Origin: Antedon mediterranea
Taxonomy: Eukaryota > Animalia > Echinodermata
DNA length: 64,000 nt
Reading direction: 5' to 3'
Assembly: GCF_964355755.1 (NCBI RefSeq)
Contig: NC_092670.1
Span: 32,662,388 to 32,726,387, forward strand
A program made the translations under genes and the position numbers. The notes under the pieces are model-generated. The model saw nothing but the letters and a program-made list of their open reading frames with translations. It made no database searches and was not told where the DNA came from. Below, piece after piece: positions 26,901-38,300 of this stretch. Position 1 is the first letter of the stretch, and each line of letters begins with the position of its first letter.

Positions 26901-28715
26901 GTAAAGTCACGTTGTCTCTCAGGACTAATTAATAGAGTATTAACATTCTTCGAATGAGGTTAAATAAATATTATTTTTTATTTATTATAACTTTTAATAT
27001 CATATTTTATTGAATTTTACAATGTTAATACACAAAATATTTTACTAAAAAACGTGATTTTATGTAATTATTTTACAGAAAAATGGAGTAGGCCTAGTTC
27101 ATACAACTGCCGACTGAGGGGCAACATGTTTACGTCATTTTTGGCTAAAAACGATCAATTTCGGTGATGTTTTATATTTTGGAATCTACAAGCCAGATTT
27201 TCATAATTATTTCTTTAATTATAATATTTAATAATAATATACTAAAAACCATGATATATAAACTGTTGAATGTACATCATTATCCCTAATATAAATACTT
27301 TAGAACGAGCACCGGCGAAAGTTAGCATTTGGCGTTCCATAAAAATTAACGTTTTTCTGGCGGCGGCTCAACTTGGCCTAAGCCTAAAGGGCCTATAGCT
27401 AGTACAGTAGGCTACTAACCTACTACTACTACTACTACTAGGCCTAGCCTATTTAGGCCCTTTAGTAGTAGTACTATATTAAATTAGCATCTGAAGTTGG
27501 TCCAAATATCACTCGAGGCTCAACTTTTAAATTAAAGAAACCTAGATGGAACTCAACTAAACGGAATAATTTTTTTGATATAGAGTAATTAACAAGTGAA
27601 ACTCGCTGCCCGAATCTGTTGTCAATAGCAAGAGTGTAAATTCATTCAAAAACAAACTTGACAAATACACACACATACACACATATGAGAGAAGAGGCTC
27701 CCTACGAGTTTAAAAACTCATTGCCTCTTAACTTTACGAAAGGTAAGAATTACTAAAGGTAAGATTAGTTTAGTTTAGTTTAGTTATAATGGGAAATTTT
27801 AGGCGAATGCCTTTTTAACCCCATATCAACTATATTGTGTCGATGCGATTCTTGAAGGTGTTAGTGGTCTCAGAATTAACAACGTCGGCTGGTAAACTGT
27901 TCCAATGGTTTATTAGTCGTTGCGAGAAGGTATGTCTTCTACAGTTTAATCCTTTATGGAAAATAGGCTTGAAAAATCTCAGGTGATGTCCTCGAGTAAT
28001 TCTGCTAATGTTACTTCTCATTTGGAAAAAGTCATCCTTGGCTACACCCTCGAAATCTTTAACAATTTTATATGCTTCAATCAGGTCACCTCGAATTCTT
28101 CTGTCGTACAAGGTTGTAGGCCAAGAAGCTTTAATCGATCTTCATATGAATATGAACGGATACATGGAACTAATTTAGTCGCACGACGTTGTACTCTTTC
28201 AATTACATTTATGTCCTTTTGAAGATACGGATTCCATACTTGAACACAAAATTTGAGATGTGGTTGTGGGCGTACATAATGCTTGTAGATGACGTTAAAA
28301 CAATCCTTATCCATATATACGAACGAAAGTCCTTCTAATACTTCTTAAACAGTTCATGGCCCGCGGAGATACTTTGGCGCAGTGTTGGCTTGGTTTTTAC
28401 AGTCATTAGTAATTTATACTACTGCTGTACTGCGTAGCCCTCAACAACCAAACACGTATCTAGGCCTAGGCTCGCTTGTAGGGCCTACGTTACAGCTAGG
28501 TCTAACAACTGTGGTCATGATGGCATGGCCCGCTAGCTGCCTTGCTTGGTGGGCCTGGCCTGACTTTCCGTCTAGCCTAGGCTCTAGCTAGCCTAGCCTA
28601 AAAAATCCCTTATTTTTTTACCAAGATAAAATTCTCTATGTTTATCTGTCTTTACATCATCCCACTTAAACTGGTCTGAGCCGCCTCTATTTCCTCCACG
28701 TGGAAAATAAAACAT
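20936..28715 (-). CDS. MMTAG2: Multiple myeloma tumor-associated protein 2 homolog (C1orf35/MMTAG2), 5 coding exons
   Basis: Exons complement(28622-28715, 25903-26050, 24907-24955, 23278-23333, 20936-21308); all introns GT-AG and phase-consistent. Translation [53 protein letters not shown] matches the MMtag N-terminal motif and is followed by a K/R/S/E-rich low-complexity tail. Confidence 0.93.
21332..23172. mobile_element. TIR element with 8-bp TSD (P- or hAT-like) in MMTAG2 intron 4
   Basis: TIR GGTTGGTGAA..TCCAAAATACGCAGAATTTTTTCCAAAATACGTCAA..GAGGGCGCTATACT at both ends; GTTATTTC duplicated at 21324-21331 and 23173-23180; subterminal CGTATTTTGGA repeats at ~22855-23150. Confidence 0.75.
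23647..24689. mobile_element. TA-flanked CCCC...GGGG MITE containing a ~58-61-bp minisatellite
   Basis: TA-CCCCTTTCACAC ... GTGTGAAAGGGG-TA; an array at ~23760-24290 whose repeating block contains ATACCCCTTTCACACCAAACTCC and TTTATGACCATTCAAAACG. Confidence 0.75.
26597..27378. mobile_element. TIR MITE in MMTAG2 intron 1
   Basis: CAAGTTGAGCCGCC..TTTCTATGAAACGCC near 26622 is inverted as GGCGTTCCATAAAAA..GGCGGCTCAACTTG at ~27331-27376. Confidence 0.55.
27525..27760 (+). mobile_element. Second CR1-like LINE 3' fragment, tail-to-tail with the previous one
   Basis: Degenerate translation [44 protein letters not shown]. Confidence 0.65.
27765..28320 (-). mobile_element. CR1-clade LINE 3' fragment (frameshifted ORF2 C-terminus)
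   Basis: [39 protein letters not shown] and [13 protein letters not shown]...RGHHL...[13 protein letters not shown]; microsatellite tail (AAACT)n near 27765-27786. Confidence 0.88.
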
Positions 28716-29319
28716 TATTGTTATACTTATTAGGAAGAAGTTATATTAGAAAAGTACAAAAAGCTGAATTTTTTAAAAGCGAACAACTTTTAATCACGTC
28801 ACGCCTCAGCGGTTTACATGTATGGACAGCAGATGGTGCATCCTGCATCTGCATCATAAAGATCGATAGGAGGAAATGTACAGTTTTAGTTTAAAATTAA
28901 TCCTTTGTCTTATTTTATTAATTATTAGTATAATTAAAATGAAATGTAAATAGTACTACTATCACTATCATTTTGTTTTTTCTGTTTTGCACTGTATTGT
29001 GACATGAATAAAAAAAGAACATTGCAGCTCTCTAATTTAATCTAATCCTAACATTTCACGCCAACCTTCTAACGTTTATAAAATGGATCTTCTGCAATAA
29101 TGCATATTATCATTTATTAAAAAAGGGACGCTCACTGTATCCGATATTCTATTTTCTTACGTGGTCTGATCAATAATTTGTGCGTGTGTTTATTCGTTAC
29201 TGGTGGTACTGCTCTAGATGCTAGCCTAGCCATAGCCTAGGCCCAGATGTACCATATTATTCAAGACTAGTATACAGTATTTTTTATTCCGTACAATTGA
29301 TTAATTTGCACAGCATAAC
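28716..29319. promoter_or_regulatory. Probable bidirectional promoter and 5'UTR region of MMTAG2 and ERGIC3
   Basis: Divergent start codons ~600 bp apart; CACG/ACGT motifs (TCACGTCACGC near 28794) and CTAG/AGCCTAG clusters on both sides. Confidence 0.65.
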
Positions 29320-32300
29320 ATGCAGTCAAATAACGGACTTATGTGGCAGTTGAGGCAATTTGACGCCTACCCCAAAACACTAGAAGATTTTAGAGTAAAA
29401 ACATTTGGTGGTGCAGCTGGTAGGTTACCCTACGCGAGACTAGGCTAGCCTTGCTTATTACCAGAGCCCATCCTTCTCTGCTCTTTCCGGAGTTGATCCA
29501 TTAATTGCTACATTGACTAAAATATTAGGCCTAGCCTAGGCATGGAGTGGCCTAGGTCTCTGTATCTAATTTAAAATGGCAGGAGGAAGTTAAAATAATT
29601 TTGAAAAAAGACGAGGCGGGGATAATTTTGCTGAAACATATTAATATTTGTAAAATAATAAAAAAATGAATGAAACCAATATAACAAACATATCCGTGAT
29701 ACCTTGCTTGTTGTTCTTTTTTTATAGTGACACTTCTCAGTGGTTTACTGATGTTTATCTTATTCGTTTCGGAACTGAATTTTTATCTTTCAAAAGAGGT
29801 ACTGTATTCAAAACAACAACATGATTTTTTTTAAACATATTTCGTCATTAAAAAAAAAACTTTGAAAGTTTATAATTATTATGTGAAATTTGTTCAATAT
29901 GTTATATCAAAAATGCTAAGTTTGTTTAAAAATTCATTACTTTAATTCTTAAGGTTATACCAGAGTTGTATGTTGATGCAAGTCGGGGAGAAAAATTGAG
30001 AATAAACATGGATATAGTTTTCCCAAGAATGCCATGTGCCTGTAAGTATACACAGGAGCGTCTAAGACTAATATAAATTGATTCTAATCTTTTAGTGGAT
30101 ATCTCTATTTACAACTACTGGCTTGGTTTTTACCAATTGAGAAATACACTAGATGTCACTATGTCCTAATTTTTAGTGTACTCTGTATTTTATTTATCAC
30201 ATTTCCTAAATCAGATTTAAGTACGGATGCGATGGATATCTCTGGAGAACAGCAGCTTGATGTAGAACATAATTTGTACAAAATACGTCTAGATAAATCT
30301 GGCAACAAAATTTCAGAAGATGCAGAGAAACACAATCTTGGAGAAGGAACTGAAGAGAATGAAAATGATGAAGAAAAGGTTTGTTTTTATTAAGCATGTC
30401 AAACTCATTTTTCTTGCCATTTCTGAAAAACACATCCCCTGCCTTCCTTTAATGTGTAATGGTGCCCAATAAAGATAAATGTCTGGTAACATTCGCTGAC
30501 GGTTATTAAAAGGTTTTGTACTATTTTCAGAAAGAGGAACTTGATCCAAATAGATGTGAAAGTTGCTATGGAGCTGAAACAAAGGATTTAAAGTATGTAC
30601 ACAACTGTGACAGATGTTAGAAGAATAATACATAATTTACATATGGGTGTTACATCATTTGCATACAGGTGTTACAAGCTAGTTTGAGGCGTTACAATTT
30701 CGTAATATTATAATGCACATCTGTAGGACCAGGGAGGATTGAACTCTATCCTTCCTAGTAGTACAGTAATAACACATAATTTGTATTCATATTTTACCTC
30801 ATTTACATACAGGTGTTGTAATAATTGTGACGATGTACGCGAGGCCTACAGAAGAAAAGGATGGGCATTTAACAAGCCAAAGGGAATCGTTCAGTGTGAA
30901 CGAGAAGGGTGGTCTGATAAGATGACCGCTCAGAAAGATGAGGGATGCAATGTTTTTGGATATTTAGAAGTTAACAAGGTGAATAAAAAATTACGATAGA
31001 GTTTTACCTTAATTGGGTTCTATTCATGGAAACATGATTGATTTCACTACCACTATAAATGTCCATATTTCTGTTAAATAATAAGTACTTAAAATATTCC
31101 AGAAGTCTCATTATAGTATTAAAATATTTCAATATGGAAATATAAAGAAAACAAGGCCAACAGCCATTAAGTCGCGTGCTACAATGCATAGTGATACCGA
31201 CAGACAGACAGACCGACCGACCGACATAGTGAACTATACTGACCGAAATTACTGAACATGTTTAAAAATGTTGAAATGTTTAAAAACATTTATATTTTTT
31301 TAATTTACACGTGCGTAGCCTGTCACTTTTGACGTGCTCGTATAACGTAATTTCGAGTTGAAAAGTAAGTCAAGAAAACAGAAATCGGGCAAAAAGAGTG
31401 CGCAATAACATTTAATGCGCAGTGCGCGCCGCGCGTAAAAATATGCGCACTCATGGCAATTTTGTAAACGCTTAAAATTGCCTGAAACGTACTCTTATTT
31501 AATCGAAAATAAATTTTGACAATTTTAAGCGCGCGTACGCATGCGTTACATGCGCTACGCACGAAATTGTATTAATTTACGAGTACCAAATTTTATTTAA
31601 TTGTGATTCATGGTTGTGAAGATATGATTACAAACGTGATTTCGTTAAATCGTGCGTAGACCGCGTAATTTTTTATTGCGCACTGTGAAAACATAACCAC
31701 ATTGATTCCTGGCCATAAGGAATATACTGTGAAAAATTTACCTAGCTAGATTAAACTGATATCAAGACCGACAGACCGACCAACAGACAGACAGGCCGAC
31801 CAACCGACCGACATAGTGAACTATAGAGTCGCTTCCACGCGACTAAAAACAACATTATCTGTTCTAGTAGAAAGTATTTGAATTTTTTTTTTTACTCCCT
31901 AGGTTGCTGGTAATTTTCACTTTGCACCTGGAAAAAGCTTTCAACAACACCATGTTCATGTACATGACCTGCAACCATTTTCAGGAAGCAAGGTATAAGC
32001 ACCCCAAGAGTGCGCAATAATTACAATGAATATAAAAAAAACATTCTAATTTGAGATTTGTGGGCTACCAACCTCCAGAGAGAGAGGAATACAGTAAACT
32101 TCTCATGTTTTCTCTTTTCAGTTTAACACGTCTCATTTTATAAAAAGTTTGTCTTTTGGTATGGAATATCCAGGAATGGAAAATCCTTTAGACGGCTTAA
32201 AAGTTACAGATGCCAAAGGTAGGTACAGAGTATATAGTACTGTATTAGTATGAATTTATTTCTACATATGAGGCCAAGCTGGTCAGGCTTCCCTGCTGAA

Positions 32301-35300
32301 GCTACAGTATGCATAACAAATAAATGACTTGTAGTTTATACATTCTGTAATGTATTAGTGTTATTAGGTGATCATTTAGAATAAAATGATCACCTATTGT
32401 TATTGTATAAAATCTTTATTGGTTATCCGCAACGAAGTTGCAGGATAACCTCTTGTGATTGTACGAAATCATCAACATCAACTTTTTATTAGTTATCCGC
32501 ACTATGGCGGATAACTCCTTGTAACTGTCCTGTTTCATCATCTTTTTTTTTTTTTTTTTCGGTATTATTCTTCTTTCTTTCTGTCATTTTTGTGCAGAGC
32601 GTATCTCTAAAACGTGTAAAGTTAACATTTTATAACTTTGTCAACATATGGGCAATCACATGAAGTTGTGCTTTCCTATAATTGAATGATGTCAGAGTTG
32701 CGCAACATGACTTACGCGCGTTTTTATGAATTTCGCGTATTTAACATAGATCGAAAACCATATAACAATTTAAATTGAAACTTAGCAAAAGTCTAAGTTA
32801 TATCGTGCGCTAACTTTTTGTGCACTAAAAATGGCATGTTTTACACGAAGTTACGCACGCGCGTTTAAAATTTTCCAATGCGAAAAATCAATTTCTAATC
32901 AACTTTCTACGCGTTTCATGTCATTTTGAGCATGTTAAAAATACCCACACGTGCGCAAATTTTTACGCGCGTGGTGCACACGTAGCGTTAAAAAAGTCAT
33001 TTTTTCGAGTGATTTATGTTTTTCCAGCCTTTTCTAGTAATTTTACCAACTTTTAAACAATTTCGACTTCAAATTACGTCATACGAGCACGTAGAATATG
33101 ATAATTTGCGCGCTTTTTTGATGAAAAACTTCAAAAATTCGTCAAAATTAAGCCTTTTTTTAAACAATCGTAGTTTCTAAACTAAACGGTAAAAATTATT
33201 TTTATTACATATTCTGGAAGTTGATGAGTTGTAGATATCAGATCATGCATTAATATGGCTAACCGGACATTGTGACGTCATCGTATGGCCACGCGAATAT
33301 GAAATTTAGGATTTTTGTATCTTTCTTCATAACTCCTCACATTTAATAGAGCGCATCTCCACTTATCCGTTTTCCATTTTCACCCCGATTTTGATATTGT
33401 CTAGGTCAATCAACTATATTTAGCATGAGTTAAAAATATTTTAATTTTTATGACGTCATCATGCCTAAAAATTTAAATTACGTGTGGCATTAATTTCATC
33501 TTTACAGTAAATTTCAATCTGTTATAGCTCGTAAGAATAAAATGTGATAATCACGATTAAAACGTTTTCTTGAAGCTATTGGATTGTAGATACAAAATCA
33601 TGTGAAAATTTTGCCAATCGGATGTGGTGACGTCATCATATGGCCAGTTAAATAAAAAAAGTCGTATTTTCATATTTTGCATCATAGTTCATTACATTTA
33701 AAAGAGCGCGCATTAATATTTCACGTATTCAAATTTCTTCTACACGTTAATATGTTGTTGCTGAGATAATTTCCTTCCAAAATTTCTACCTTCGCGTTTC
33801 ATTTTAAAACCATCAACATGTTAAAAATTGCAATAAATAGCGGGTCCCGTAATTTCCCCTATTCAACACTGTATGTGATATGTATACAGATTACACTGTG
33901 TATACTATATATGAATCAAAATAATAGAATTCAGCAATAACAACATATCATAGTCTTCAGTTCAGGTCATAATGCCATAATCTTTTTCCGTGTGCAATAT
34001 TCCAACGTATGGCGTGCATGTGGCGTTTGTCGTGCGGATAACTAACTCGTCAAAGTGACGAGTTTCATGTCTAGTTAGTTATCCGCATTTAGCGGATAAC
34101 TCCTTGTAACTGTCCTGTGTCTTTTTTTTTTTTCATTATTCTTCAGTCTTTCTCCCTCACTTTTTGTGCAGAGCGTATCTCTAAAATGGGTAAACATAAC
34201 ATTTCATAACTTTGTCAACATATGGGCATTTACGTGAAGTTGTGCACCTCCTATTTTTGAATGACGTCATAGTTACGCAACGTGACTTACGCATGATTTT
34301 ATGATTTGTTTAAATTGATCATAGATTTAAAACCAAGCGTAATTTTTTGTTTACACTTTGTGAAAATTTAAGTCATATCAAGGGCAAACTTTTTGTGCAC
34401 AAAAAATGGCATGTTATACAAGAAGTTACGCGCGCACGCGCGTTTAAAATTTTAAAATGCGAAAAATCAATTTCTAATCAATTTCTAATCAATTTTCTAC
34501 GTGTTTCTGGTCATTTTGAGCGTGTCAAAAATTCCCACGCATGCGCAAATTTTTACGAGCGCGGTGCGCTCGTAGCGTTAAAAACATACTTTTTCCACGT
34601 GATTTATGTTTTTTCAGCCTTTTCTAGTAATTTTACCAACTTTTAAACAATTTCGACTTAAAATTACGTCATACGAGCACGCCGAATTGGATAATTTGTG
34701 CGCGTTTTTGATGAAAAAGTTAACAAATTCGTCAAAATAATGCATTTTTTTAAACAGTCGTAGTTTCTAAACTAAACGGTAAAAATTATTTTAATTACAT
34801 ATTCTGGAAGTTGATGAGTTGTAGATATCGGATCATGCTTTAATATGGCTAACCGGACATTGTAACGTCATCGTATGGCCACACGAATATAAAATATAGG
34901 ATTTTTGTATCTTTCGTCATAGCTTATCACATGTAATAGAGCGCATCTCCACTTATCAGTTTTTCATTTTCACTTTGATTTTTATATTGTCTAGGTCAAT
35001 CAATTTTCTTTCGCATGAGTTAAAAATATTTTAATTTTTATGACGTCATAATGTCTAAAAATGTAAATATCCTGGGTCACATATTTTCATCTTTACAGTA
35101 AATTTTAATCTGTTATAGCTCGTCAGAATAAAAAGCGATAATCATGATTACAACGTTTTCTGGAAGCTATTGGATTGTAGATACGAATTCATGTAAACAT
35201 TTTGCCAATCGGATGTTGTGACGTCGTCATATGGCCAGCTGAATAAAAAAAGTCATATTTTCATATTTTGCGTAATAGTTCATCACATTTAAAAGAGCGC

Positions 35301-38300
35301 GCATCTATATTTTACGTATTTAAATTTCTTCTACACATTAATATGTGGTTGCTGATATAATTTCCTTCCGAATTTGCTATCTTAGTGTTTCATTTTGATA
35401 CCGTCGCCATGTTAAAAATTGGAATAATGAGCGGGTCCCGTAATTTCACCTATTCTTCACTGTATGTGATGTATACAGATTATACTGTGTATACTATGAC
35501 ACAAAATAACAGAATTCAGCACTAACAACATATCATATTCATCAGTTCAGGTCATAATGCCATAATCTTTTTCTGTGTGCAATATTCCAACGTATGACGT
35601 GCACGTGGCGTTTGTCGTGCGGATAACTAACTCGTCAAAGTGACGAGTTTCATGTCTAGTTTTTCTTCTTTCTTTCTGTATGATTTTTGTGTAACGCTTT
35701 TCTCTAAAACTTGCAAACATAACATTTTGTTAACTATGTTAACATTTTGACATTTATGTAACGTCGTCAAGCGAAGCTTTTCATGATGTTTACAATTGCG
35801 CAACGTGACTTACGCGCGATTTAACGATTTTGTCGTATTTAACATAGCTCGACAACCAAATAACATTTTAACTTGAAACTTTGCAAAAGTTTAATTTATA
35901 TCCTGCGCTAACTTTCTGTTGAAAAAAAATTGCGTGTTTTACACAAAGTTACGCGCGCACGCGCATATAAAATTTCAAAATGCGCAAAATTAATTTATAA
36001 TCAACTTTCTACGCGTTTCATGTCGTTTTAAGCATGTCAACAAATCCCACGCGTGCGCACATTTTTACGTGTGCGGTGCGCACGTAGCATCGAAAACGTA
36101 TTTTATTCGCGTAATTTATGTTTTTCCAGCCTTTTCTAGTAATTTTACCAAATTTTAAACAATTTCGACTTAAAGATACGTCATACGAGCACGTCGAATT
36201 GGACAATTTGCGCGCGTTTTTTATGAAAAGGTTAAAAAATTCGTTTAAAATATGCCTTTTTTTAAACAGTCGTAATTTCTAAACTAGACCGTCAAATTTT
36301 TGTGGATGACATATTCTAGAAGTAGATGAGTTGTAGATATCGGATCAGGTATTAATATGGCTAACCGGACATAGTGACGTCATCGTATGGCCACGCAAAT
36401 ATAAAATTTAGGATTTTTGTATCTTTCGTCATAGCTCATCACATTGAATAGAGCGCATCTCCACTTATCCGATTTCCATTTTCACCCCGATTTTGATATT
36501 GTCTAGGTCAATCAACTATCTTTCGCATGAGTTAAAAATATTTTAATTTTTTTGACGTCATCATGCCTAAAAATTTAAATCACGTGTGGCATCAATTTCA
36601 TCTTTACAGTAAATTTTAATCTGTTATAGCTCGAAAGAATAAAATGTGATAATCACGATTAAAACTTTTTCTGGAAGCTATTGGATTGTAGATACGAAAT
36701 TATGTAAAAATGTTGCCAATCGGATGTTGTGACGTCATTATATGGCCAGTTAAATAAAAAAGGTCGTATTTTCATCTTTTGCGTCATAATTCATTACATT
36801 TAAAAGAGCGCGCATCAATATTTCACGTATTCAAATTTCTTCTACACGCTAATACGTTGTTGCTGAGATAATTTCCTTTCGGAATTGCTATCTTCGCGTT
36901 TCATTTTAAAACCGTCAACATGTTAAAAATTGCAATAAATAGCGGGTCCCGTAATTTCACCTATTCTACACTGTATGTGATATGGATACAGATTATACTG
37001 TGTATACTATATATGAATTTAAATAATAAAATTCAGCAATAACAAACATATCATATTCTTCAGTTCAGGTCATAATGCCAACGTGAACACTTCCTTTTGT
37101 CCTCAACCTAACCCCTTAGTGTTAATGTTGCACCACTTGCGCGGCGGATAACCAAACTCGTCAAAGTGACGAGTTACATGTCTAGTTCTTATGATTCTTC
37201 TTTATTTCTCTCTGTACAGATTTTGTGTAACAAATATCTCAAAAAGTTTAATGTTAATGATTACCAAAATTTCACAATGTCTTTCAAATACGTTAACTTA
37301 GTCCTAATAAGCTTTTCAGCGTGATCACTCATACGTGACGTCATTTATACGCCATTTTGTGAAATCACATTATCAATCATATCTCCATAATTCATTATCA
37401 CATATTAACGAAATTCACAACACGTAAACTTCAGGTCAAAGTTAAAAATATTAGCAAATAAAAACGCACGCGCACGTAGGGTCATGCGCGTGAAATCGCG
37501 CGTTAAAAATTTAAAAGGCTCAAAATTAAGTTTTCATCAATTTAGAGCATGAATTGGGCCATTTGCGTGTTTCAAAAAATTACTGCGTAAAAATACAATT
37601 TTTTTTTACAAATCGCATTCTACTCACCATCCTTAGTACATTAACCAAATTTGAGTCAGTTCTGACTTAAAATAACGCTATACGAGCAGGTTCAAAATGT
37701 CAAAATGCGCAAATTAATTGCATCAAAGTGCTGAAAATGGTGAAAATAAGGCATTTTTAAAATGAAAATAATTCTTCAGAATGCACGATGACCCCTAAGT
37801 TTTTTAACTTATTCGGGAAGCCATTGAGTTGTAGATATAAATGTATATACACATTAGACGTACAAAATGGTATTACGTCATCAAATGGCCACTTGAATAA
37901 AAAAATTAGGATTTTTTTCCGTTTTTTGTAGGTTATCACATTCAATAGAGTGCATCTCCGCTATTTGAGCTCGATTTTCGCACAAATTTCAGTGTGTGCT
38001 TGCTTAATTATTTATCTTTCTCATAAGTTGTCAGCGTTTTAATTTTGATGACGTCATCACGCGTAAAAACTTGAATAACGTAGGTCGTGTAAATTCACCT
38101 TTGCCGTAAATTTGAATATCTTACAGCTCTTCAGAATTGAAGGTTACCTTGAGGATTATAATTTATTATGAAAGCTGATGAAATGTAGATATGAATTCAT
38201 ATAAAAATCAAGCCTATTGGATGTTGCGACGTTAACGTATGGCCAGATGAAGTTAAAAAGTAGTTTTTAAATTTCTTTAGTCAAAGTTATAAAAATTTCA

